IMG/VR virus record: IMGVR_UViG_3300008221_000005
Location: 1 to 42,140 of that record
Reading direction: 5' to 3' (one strand)
Length of the DNA: 42,140 bases
Origin: a virus
Positions 34,656 to 40,758 of this stretch are shown here, one piece after another. How positions within the stretch are numbered: the stretch's first letter is position 1; the number at the start of each line of letters is the position of its first letter. The translations under genes were made by a program, and so were the position numbers. The notes under the pieces were generated by a model that was not told where the DNA came from, made no database searches, and saw only the letters and a program-made list of their open reading frames with translations.

Positions 34656-35473
34656 CGGTGATACTTACCCTCAATAATTTTTACGAAGTTGCCTTCCTTG
34701 ATCAGGAAATCAAAATCTAAAACGAATGGCTGTGTTCTTGGTGGGATGGGCCGTGCTAACCCCATGAGAAATTGAGACTCTCTGATTTCTTCAAACAGGG
34801 TTTGCCAGTCAGATATCTTTGGATATTCTTTCCATCGCGCTTTGAGTTGTTGCTTGCGTGATGGGGTGAGTTTTTTAATCTTTGGCAAATCGTGTAAAAC
34901 CTGATGCCATAGATCGACGATTTTTTGATAAGGACAAGCCTGCAAATCACCTGTAGTAGTTATATCTTCATCTACATCTTCATCTACATCTTCATGCGCT
35001 GACATCGCTGACGAACGCTGACTAATGCTGACATCTGCTGACTTCTCTCTATCTCTTTGTTTTTGCTTGTTAATTCTGTTCTGTTCTCGTCGATCTTCTC
35101 TGCTTGCTAAATCTCTGTAGTGTTCGTAGTTCACAATGATCCATCCCCAATTGCGATGCTCATCAATCAAAACGATGCGCTTTCCTTCACTTTCAGGAGA
35201 TCGGCTATAAGGGTCTGGCTGCTCTAATTTATTGATTCCATACTCAATAACGTCTAACGGAATCCCCGTTCTGCGGCTTAAAGCGGGTGGTGTGATATCA
35301 ACAATGCCCTCGCTATCTGCAAGAACAATTAACTGTTGGAAGACAATCATTGCCTGCCAATCAGCAGACAACGTACCGTCATACATAGACTCAAATATTT
35401 TCCCGTACAAATTTATCTGCCTTTTGTGCATTCCGGATGTTTTGGATAAGCTCGTAATCCGCTTTATCGACAA
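34652..35473 (-). CDS. Replication initiator / replisome organiser (lambda O-like organisation)
   Basis: N-terminal winged-helix-like region and a conserved-phage C-terminus (…KARWKEYP…FLIKEGNFVKIIEGKY). Iterons lie inside the gene. Start may be ATG 35431 or 35386, because the track start overlaps the upstream ORF. Confidence 0.55.
   Translation of the reverse strand: MSIKRITSLSKTSGMHKRQINLYGKIFESMYDGTLSADWQAMIVFQQLIVLADSEGIVDITPPALSRRTGIPLDVIEYGINKLEQPDPYSRSPESEGKRIVLIDEHRNWGWIIVNYEHYRDLASREDRREQNRINKQKQRDREKSADVSISQRSSAMSAHEDVDEDVDEDITTTGDLQACPYQKIVDLWHQVLHDLPKIKKLTPSRKQQLKARWKEYPKISDWQTLFEEIRESQFLMGLARPIPPRTQPFVLDFDFLIKEGNFVKIIEGKYHR
34998..35042. repeat. Five helically phased GCTGAC iterons (candidate ori core)
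   Basis: GCTGAC at 34998, 35007, 35017, 35027 and 35037 (spacing 9,10,10,10). Flanked by a 12-bp CATCTTCATCTA repeat and a T-rich stretch. Confidence 0.5.
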
Positions 35474-35756
35474 CGTACAACCCGCACTGCTTAAGCATGT
35501 ATTGGCATATTCCAGCGTCTTGTTCTTTCTGCATGAGCTTGATTATTCCGTTAAACAAGGCAGTTCCTTTTCTTCGCGCTGTCGAGAAATGCCCTTTGCC
35601 CATGTCTATTAACTCTGAATATTCCAAATCTGTATGCCTTCTCGTGCATTGGTTGAGTGCTTCGACCTCATCCTTCCAGTTATCTATTTCAGAATATGGG
35701 CGTATTCTCATACCACCCGACATTCCACCTAAGATATGCAATTCTTGTTGTTGCAT
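35391..35756 (-). CDS. Hypothetical early protein (cII position)
   Basis: 121 aa between cro-like and the replication gene. AGGAGAG SD. Confidence 0.5.
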   Translation of the reverse strand: MQQQELHILGGMSGGMRIRPYSEIDNWKDEVEALNQCTRRHTDLEYSELIDMGKGHFSTARRKGTALFNGIIKLMQKEQDAGICQYMLKQCGLYVVDKADYELIQNIRNAQKADKFVRENI

Positions 35757-35835
35757 TTTTTCTCTCCTGTTATGGGTTTGTTAAACTTGTTCCATTTAGA
35801 TTTACATTGAGTTCCATTTACTTTTGTAAAAAAAT

Positions 35836-36009
35836 TTAACCAAGCAATTCTTCATAGGAAAATTTATTGTTTGGTAATTCGATTATTTGCTTCACCCTTC
35901 TGGATGGAATGTGTTTCCACTTAGAAATGGCTTGTGGTGTAACCCCTAATAACTTTGCGAGTGATGAGGGGCCGCCAAAATGCTTGATTACTTTGTCAAC
36001 TGTGTTCAT
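35836..36009 (-). CDS. cro: Cro/YdaS-type HTH regulator (57 aa)
   Basis: Read from sequence: MNTVDKVIKHFGGPSSLAKLLGVTPQAISKWKHIPSRRVKQIIE. Divergent from the repressor. Confidence 0.7.
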   Translation of the reverse strand: MNTVDKVIKHFGGPSSLAKLLGVTPQAISKWKHIPSRRVKQIIELPNNKFSYEELLG

Positions 36010-36016
36010 AAACCGA

Positions 36017-36055
36017 ATTAAACCACAGGTGAAGTATTAATGCAACTACAAGTTG
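36017..36055 (-). promoter_or_regulatory. Leftward early promoter TTGCAT-17-TTTAAT with overlapping operator-like palindromes
   Basis: -10 at 36017-36022, -35 at 36040-36045. AAACC-ACA-GGTga at 36020-36032 and CAACT-ACA-AGTTG at 36043-36055. The ATG of cro lies 8 nt after the -10. Confidence 0.5.
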
Positions 36056-36090
36056 ATCTAACTCACGAGAACTTCTGTAATAATCGATGG

Positions 36091-36465
36091 ATGAATGTAA
36101 TTACCGAAGACAAGGCAAGAGGGAGCCGCCTGGACAAGGCGATCAGAGAATCTTCACTGTCCAGAGCAGAGATTGCCAAGAAACTGAATGTCACCCCTCA
36201 AGCTATCTGGAAGTGGTGCAAGACTGGAAAGATAAGCCGTGAGAATCTGCTTCAGCTAGCGACTATTCTAAAAATCGATGCCAGTTTCCTGAATAAAGGT
36301 GAAGGCTCACCCAGAACCTCTAAACAAACCGGCGAGATAAGCGCTCAGAAGCTCTCTGGGGCTTTAAGGCTGGTGATGAGGGAGCATGGCGAGGATTTGC
36401 TGGATATCCCTATAGATACGCTATCCGCCATTATTGCGAACGAGTACAACTCTCTCCCCGATTAG
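36091..36465 (+). CDS. cI: XRE-family phage repressor without a peptidase S24 domain
   Basis: HTH LSRAEIAKKLNVTPQAIWKWCKTGKIS. The ORF is open from 36040, but that ATG lies inside the divergent -35, so ATG 36091 is preferred. Confidence 0.7.
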   Translation: MNVITEDKARGSRLDKAIRESSLSRAEIAKKLNVTPQAIWKWCKTGKISRENLLQLATILKIDASFLNKGEGSPRTSKQTGEISAQKLSGALRLVMREHGEDLLDIPIDTLSAIIANEYNSLPD

Positions 36466-36555
36466 TCAAGCAATTGGCACATCAGAAGTCCGGTCTTAAT
36501 CACAGTTTTACAATTATTATGTTTTTAAAATGTAGACAAATGTAAAATAATAAGG

Positions 36556-36750
36556 ATGTTTAGCATGAACATGGACATTCAAGAGACCTTACAATCTACA
36601 CGAAGGAAGCAACCCTCACAGGTATTTCTGGTAATCCTTATCGCCACCATTCTTAACCTATCCTTTACAGGCTTTATCTTTATGGCCTGTAAAATTCATA
36701 GCGCTAAAACAGAATGCGAGCTTAACCATATCTCATCTCGTCTAAAATAA
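36556..36750 (+). CDS. Small single-TM protein downstream of the repressor
   Basis: VFLVILIATILNLSFTGFIFMA hydrophobic helix. AAGGA before ATG 36566 (alternative start). Confidence 0.5.
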   Translation: MFSMNMDIQETLQSTRRKQPSQVFLVILIATILNLSFTGFIFMACKIHSAKTECELNHISSRLK

Positions 36751-36779
36751 TACCGTTCGTCGGTTTCTGTAAAAAAACT

Positions 36780-36819
36780 AAACCTGCGGTTTGCTTTTAG
36801 TTTAAACCTGTGGTTTAAT
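36780..36819 (+). promoter_or_regulatory. Rightward early promoter TTGCTT-17-TTTAAT with two AAACC-N3-GGTTT operators
   Basis: Operators at 36780-36792 and 36804-36816 (centres 24 bp apart). -35 at 36791-36796, -10 at 36814-36819. Confidence 0.55.
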
Positions 36820-36863
36820 ACACCCATCGCTAGCAATTAACCAGTAACTGTATGACTAGCGGT

Positions 36864-36891
36864 GGGGAGTCCCCCAACCGGCTCCCCTTTT
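36864..36891 (+). terminator. Leader hairpin with short U-run (weak terminator or regulatory RNA stem)
   Basis: GGGGAG-12 nt-CTCCCC-TTTT, about 40 nt downstream of the predicted start site and preceded by a second 10-bp stem (36824-36865). Confidence 0.35.
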
Positions 36892-36909
36892 AACCAAGAG
36901 AGGTGAGCT

Positions 36910-36984
36910 ATGCCAATAGAAGATTACAACATAACAGAAGAAGACCTCGACGCTGAATACGACAGCATTCCGGAGGTGGATTAA
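36910..36984 (+). CDS. Micro-ORF (24 aa, acidic)
   Basis: GAGAGGTGAG SD. TAATG overlap with the next gene. Confidence 0.3.
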   Translation: MPIEDYNITEEDLDAEYDSIPEVD

Positions 36985-37838
36985 TGATTGCATATCATAA
37001 CGATGAATTACTAAAACAGAAAGCCGTTGCCAGTGCTGAAAAGCATGTAGAGCAAGACATGTTAATGAAAGGCTTGTACGGGAAAATGAATGGCCAGTTC
37101 AAGGGATGCTCAGTAGGATGTGATGCATTTGAAATTACTGGCGAAGTCCATAATGAAGCGTGTCATGAAATTACATCCAAATACTATGGCTTCCCTGAAT
37201 GGTTAGAGTTATTACGGGATTCGTTTTTTGAAAATCTCCCCGCCGAGTCAAGTAAGAATTGGCATGTCGATCTAAAGAAAGCCATTCCAGTTGGATTATC
37301 AGAAAAGGGTTTTAATAAAATTAAAGCTAAATTTCTTATATACATCTTGAAAGGAAATCTGGAGAGAGTTGCTAATCTGGATATTTCTGGCGAATTAAAA
37401 AAACAAGTAACAGACGCGGTTAATCAATGCTTGTCCGTACAAGAACAAGCTGTAATTTCTGAGGAAATTAACTCAGCAGCAGGGTCAGCAGCAGGGTCAG
37501 CAGCAGAGTCAGCAGCAGAGTCAGCAGCAGAGTCAGCAGCAGAGTCAGCAGCAGAGTCAGCAGCATGGTCAGCAGGGTCAGCAGCAGAGTCAGCAGCATG
37601 GTCAGCATGGTCAGCAAGGTCAGCAGCAGAGTCAGCAGCATGGTCAGCAGCATGGTCAGCAGGGTCAGCAGCAGAGTCAGCAAGGTCAGCAGCAAGGTCA
37701 GCAAGGTCAGCAGCAGAGTCAGCAGCATGGTCAGCAGCAAGGTCAGCAAGGTCAGCAGGGTCAGCAGCAGAGTCAGCAGCCTTTGAAGGCTACGCAAACC
37801 ATCTCTTAATGTTATTCCGGGAGGTGCAAGATGTTTGA
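36984..37838 (+). CDS. Protein with a Cys/His-containing N-terminal domain and 28 tandem S-A-(A)-X units
   Basis: The in-frame repeat occupies residues 164-267. First sizeable gene of the rightward early operon. Confidence 0.65.
   Translation: MIAYHNDELLKQKAVASAEKHVEQDMLMKGLYGKMNGQFKGCSVGCDAFEITGEVHNEACHEITSKYYGFPEWLELLRDSFFENLPAESSKNWHVDLKKAIPVGLSEKGFNKIKAKFLIYILKGNLERVANLDISGELKKQVTDAVNQCLSVQEQAVISEEINSAAGSAAGSAAESAAESAAESAAESAAESAAWSAGSAAESAAWSAWSARSAAESAAWSAAWSAGSAAESARSAARSARSAAESAAWSAARSARSAGSAAESAAFEGYANHLLMLFREVQDV
37473..37781 (+). repeat. Coding microsatellite: 9/12-bp units TCAGCA(GCA)NNG
   Basis: 28 consecutive units. The variable codon is only GGG, GAG, TGG or AGG. Contains 27 copies of GTCAGC. 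Confidence 0.9.
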
Positions 37839-37950
37839 TCACTTCACCAATATGGAATTCATGGTTCTAAGCTTTATCGCCATGTTTGTTTTGATCGGAT
37901 TCATTTTACTTCTTGACGAACAGATTCAGCGATTCAAGGGGGACGAGTGA
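37831..37950 (+). CDS. Micro-ORF, single-TM peptide (39 aa)
   Basis: GGGAGG SD. MFDHFTNMEFMVLSFIAMFVLIGFILLL. Overlap-coupled at both ends. Confidence 0.4.
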   Translation: MFDHFTNMEFMVLSFIAMFVLIGFILLLDEQIQRFKGDE

Positions 37951-38261
37951 CAAGCAAGGACAAAGCGGTACAAAGCTACATGCTCCACCCTCAAGCGCTC
38001 GTCGAATTAGTCGCAGCATTGGATGACGAGAAAGGATGGGATGTGCGTAACGGAATCATAACAGCATATCTGGAATCTATACATAAAGCGCAAAACAGAG
38101 AAACCCGACTAACAGAAAGCGCTGCATTTGAGGATTTTGGCAAATATATCTACTGCGTACTTTTCAATAAATCCAAGTCTCAGATTGAAGATGACTGGGA
38201 AGGATTAGACGAAAACGGTTTGACAGAATATGAATTAAGAAAATTGGAGATGGCGCGATGA
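37947..38261 (+). CDS. Hypothetical protein (104 aa)
   Basis: GTG start in a GTGA overlap. Upstream of erf. Confidence 0.5.
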   Translation: MTSKDKAVQSYMLHPQALVELVAALDDEKGWDVRNGIITAYLESIHKAQNRETRLTESAAFEDFGKYIYCVLFNKSKSQIEDDWEGLDENGLTEYELRKLEMAR

Positions 38262-38932
38262 CTGACGAACAAGACAAAGCACAAATGGAAGAACGGGAGC
38301 AGAAAGAAATGAATATCTATCAAAGAATGCTGGCGATTATGGGCGAGCTTAAATACATCCAGAAAGGTGACAAGCAGGTAAACGGACAATATCGCTTTGT
38401 TGGCCACGACGCTGTTACCGCTAAATGCCACGACATGTTTGTTAAACACGGTGTGTACTGTTTACCCGACGTTAGAGAATGGCGACAAGACAATAATCGC
38501 ACTGAGGTCACAATGGATATGACGTTCGTTAACGTTGACCAGCCTAACGACAAAATGGTGATCAGGGTATTTGGATTTGGTGTTGACAATCAAGACAAAG
38601 GGCCAGGTAAAGCAGTCTCTTACGCTTACAAATACGGCTTACTTAAAGCCTTTGCATTAGAAACAGGTGACGATGCTGAGAAAGACAGTATTGATCATAT
38701 AACAGATTTGGAAGTCGCTATTAAGGAGCACAGGGAAACCATAGATTTTATTAAGACTGCCATTGCTGAAGATAACCTATCAGCCGCAGCAGAAGCATGG
38801 TTTGAATTAAGCGATGAAGAAAAGAAATCGTTATGGGTGGCTCCATCGAAAAATGGACCGTTCACAACAGAAGAAAGAAGGATTATGAAAACATCAGAAT
38901 TTAGACAGGCACATTATGGAGAAGCAGCATGA
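38258..38932 (+). CDS. erf: ERF-family single-strand annealing recombinase
   Basis: MNIYQRMLAIMGEL...GQYRFVGHDAV...GPGKAVSYAYKYGLLKAFALETGDD matches the ERF core pattern. Confidence 0.8.
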   Translation: MTDEQDKAQMEEREQKEMNIYQRMLAIMGELKYIQKGDKQVNGQYRFVGHDAVTAKCHDMFVKHGVYCLPDVREWRQDNNRTEVTMDMTFVNVDQPNDKMVIRVFGFGVDNQDKGPGKAVSYAYKYGLLKAFALETGDDAEKDSIDHITDLEVAIKEHRETIDFIKTAIAEDNLSAAAEAWFELSDEEKKSLWVAPSKNGPFTTEERRIMKTSEFRQAHYGEAA

Positions 38933-39183
38933 CAGATAAGCAATTTGTAGACGGGCTAATTATCAAGCCGCCCAGAGATAACGCCCCCGATTTTGTTAAG
39001 GGCCAGATATCCATTAAGCGTAAAGAGCTGGGCAATTGGTTGAGAGGTAAAGAAGAAGACTGGATTAACCTTGATATTAAGGTTGGTCAATCAGGTAAAT
39101 GGTATGCCGAAGTAAATACGTGGAAACCAACACAACCTCAAGCGGCCAGTGCTGCTGATGAACTCGATGATTTGCCATTTTAA
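38929..39183 (+). CDS. Small OB-like ssDNA-binding candidate with an SSB-type acidic tip
   Basis: Ends ...ADELDDLPF, like the D-D-D-I-P-F tail of bacterial SSB. Adjacent to erf. Confidence 0.45.
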   Translation: MTDKQFVDGLIIKPPRDNAPDFVKGQISIKRKELGNWLRGKEEDWINLDIKVGQSGKWYAEVNTWKPTQPQAASAADELDDLPF

Positions 39184-39225
39184 GGCAGTGGAGACAACCA
39201 CATTAAAAAACACGACTCCCTCCCT

Positions 39226-39249
39226 GCGGGGTGAAAGGCCCCGCTTTTT
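39226..39249 (+). terminator. Intrinsic terminator after the recombination genes
   Basis: GCGGGG-TGAAAGG-CCCCGC followed by T5. Confidence 0.65.
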
Positions 39250-39258
39250 AACCTGGAG

Positions 39259-39465
39259 ATGACTATGAACAGCTTTGAACGCAAAGATACCCTGATTCAA
39301 CAGGAGTGCTCTAAAAAGGGCCTTCGTGGGCGCGTAAATGCACATTGCATTGATTGTGGCTATGACCCCCTTGATAAGGGTACTTGGCGTCAACAGATAC
39401 ACCGTTGTGCTATCACAAATTGCCCATTATTTGATGTTCGGCCCCTATCGAGAGGTGAAATATGA
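39259..39465 (+). CDS. Zinc-ribbon protein (66-68 aa)
   Basis: CIDCG...CAITNC four-Cys pattern. ATG 39265 has the better SD spacing. Confidence 0.5.
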   Translation: MTMNSFERKDTLIQQECSKKGLRGRVNAHCIDCGYDPLDKGTWRQQIHRCAITNCPLFDVRPLSRGEI

Positions 39466-39731
39466 CATTTAGTGAAGAAGGCCATAAGCAACCCATCCTA
39501 GACCTTGGAAACATGAACGATCTTCAGGAAGGCCGGTTTGTGATATGGGTCGCGTCAAAAGAAGATGCTACCGCAGTGCTGGGTGTGTTTTCCTGGATAG
39601 AAGAAGAAATGAGCCGTAGTGAACCGGAAACAGAAGAAGGCAAAGCACGTAAGGCGATGTTTGAGAGAGCTTATAAACTTATCCACAAGCGAGTTCGTTA
39701 TTCAGAGGAGTTTGATAATGGAACAGACTGA
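39462..39731 (+). CDS. Hypothetical protein (89 aa)
   Basis: ATGA overlap with the upstream gene. Confidence 0.5.
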   Translation: MTFSEEGHKQPILDLGNMNDLQEGRFVIWVASKEDATAVLGVFSWIEEEMSRSEPETEEGKARKAMFERAYKLIHKRVRYSEEFDNGTD

Positions 39732-39885
39732 GGTATGCCCAAAAGTCGCGATGTTTATCGCCGCGTTAATTACTGTTACCGGACTGACTGTTTACGCAGT
39801 CGATGAAATATCCGAGGCGATACAGAACAAAGTGGTGAAAGTCTACCATCAGCAAGAGGATGGGACTTTTGTGCATGTTGAGTAA
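39718..39885 (+). CDS. Small single-TM protein (55 aa)
   Basis: ATG 39718 preceded by GAGGAG. VAMFIAALITVTGLTVYAV. The track start 39619 overlaps the upstream gene. Confidence 0.45.
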   Translation: MEQTEVCPKVAMFIAALITVTGLTVYAVDEISEAIQNKVVKVYHQQEDGTFVHVE

Positions 39886-39892
39886 ATAGTTA

Positions 39893-39954
39893 GCGAGGCT
39901 AGGTGGGTGCCAGGAATATCTTCCTACGGGTCCGACTCCCGTTGCCTCGCGCCA
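39893..39954 (+). ncRNA. tRNA-like minihelix (acceptor stem + T-arm + extra hairpin, ends GCCA)
   Basis: GCGAGGC/GCCTCGC 7-bp stem, ACGGG-TCCGACT-CCCGT T-arm-like hairpin, AGGAA-TATC-TTCCT hairpin, then G-CCA. There is no 7-nt anticodon loop. Confidence 0.3.
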
Positions 39955-39969
39955 TATTAGGAGAGTGAA

Positions 39970-40137
39970 ATGAGTGTATCGAACATAGCTGGACTAGTAA
40001 TGATTGCCCTGTTCTTTTTTATCATTACGATTTTATTAGCCATTATTTTCGGCTTGAAGCCAGCATTAATAATGATTGGAATGGCGCTATTTACTACGAT
40101 TTTTCTTGAGACAGCATTTTACTTGATTGATAAATAA
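39970..40137 (+). CDS. Small two-TM membrane protein (55 aa)
   Basis: AGGAGAG SD. Almost entirely hydrophobic. Confidence 0.45.
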   Translation: MSVSNIAGLVMIALFFFIITILLAIIFGLKPALIMIGMALFTTIFLETAFYLIDK

Positions 40138-40154
40138 CCCCTACATACTAGAAC

Positions 40155-40286
40155 ATGAACTGGAATAGACATTTAAGTGAATGCTACAAATTAGAAATAG
40201 CTGATTATTTCTACTCTGACTATTTTACTTTTTGGCCGGATAGAACATACAAGGCGTTTAAACGAATAGATGAGATTTTGGGCTAA
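40155..40286 (+). CDS. Small protein of the M-N-W start family (43 aa)
   Basis: Read from sequence: MNWNRHLSECYKLEIADYF. Confidence 0.35.
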   Translation: MNWNRHLSECYKLEIADYFYSDYFTFWPDRTYKAFKRIDEILG

Positions 40287-40288
40287 CA

Positions 40289-40474
40289 ATGTACCTTAAA
40301 ATCAACCCACTGCTAAAAGAATATGCCAACCTATCAGGGCTAACTCAGGATGCTATCCGTTGCAAGATCAGGGATGGCTATTGGGTAGAAGGCAAGCAAT
40401 ATGTGAAGGCCCCTGATGGTAAGATCAGGATATTATTGGAAGGTGTGGATAAATGGGATAGAGGTGAAGAATGA
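40289..40474 (+). CDS. xis: Excisionase-like protein
   Basis: 61 aa, MYL... start, W/G-rich winged-helix-like pattern. Two genes upstream of int. Confidence 0.5.
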   Translation: MYLKINPLLKEYANLSGLTQDAIRCKIRDGYWVEGKQYVKAPDGKIRILLEGVDKWDRGEE

Positions 40475-40758
40475 AATATAGAAAGAAACCAGTTGTGATT
40501 GAAGCTGTTGAGTGGACAGGTCAAAATTTATTTGACGTTATAACCTTTACCGATGGGAAGCCGGACTTGTCTAGCGATATTCAGAAACACAAATGGCAAG
40601 AGTATTGTGAGCTTGTTGCTACTAGTGGATTTAAAATAAAAACATTAGAAGGTTGGATGCGCGCTAGAATTGGCGACTACATTATCAAAGGAGTTCAAGG
40701 TGAATTTTATCCATGCAAACCAGACATCTTTGAACAGACGTATGAGAGGGTGGAATGA
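40471..40758 (+). CDS. Hypothetical phage protein (95 aa)
   Basis: ATGA overlaps on both sides. Confidence 0.55.
   Translation: MKYRKKPVVIEAVEWTGQNLFDVITFTDGKPDLSSDIQKHKWQEYCELVATSGFKIKTLEGWMRARIGDYIIKGVQGEFYPCKPDIFEQTYERVE

Noticed and set aside
36040-36090. Upstream extension of the repressor ORF (start at ATG 36040)
   Set aside because: That ATG is the reverse complement of the -35 hexamer of the divergent promoter. The extension has no SD and adds 17 residues ahead of the HTH domain, so ATG 36091 is preferred. The longer form cannot be excluded.
36751-36770. ACCG-TTCGT-CGGT-TTCT as a terminator for the repressor transcript
   Set aside because: It has only a 4-bp stem and a broken U-run, which is too weak to call.
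37473-37781. Possible CRISPR array or diversity-generating retroelement target
   Set aside because: Units are contiguous 9/12-mers with no spacers, so this is not CRISPR. There is no reverse transcriptase or template repeat copy in the window, and the variation is not adenine-specific, so it is not a DGR.
37468-37842. 124-aa Leu/Thr-rich ORF on the - strand (LLTLLLTLL...) and the 73-aa VSSRVSS ORF at 37565-37786 on the + strand
   Set aside because: Both are alternative-frame read-outs of the 9/12-bp tandem repeat. They have no SD or start context. The S-A-A-X frame is continuous with a normal N-terminal domain.
39893-39954. Calling this element a bona fide tRNA gene
   Set aside because: It is only 62 nt, has no D-arm, and the middle hairpin has a 4-nt loop, so no anticodon can be assigned. 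It is kept as a tRNA-like structure only.
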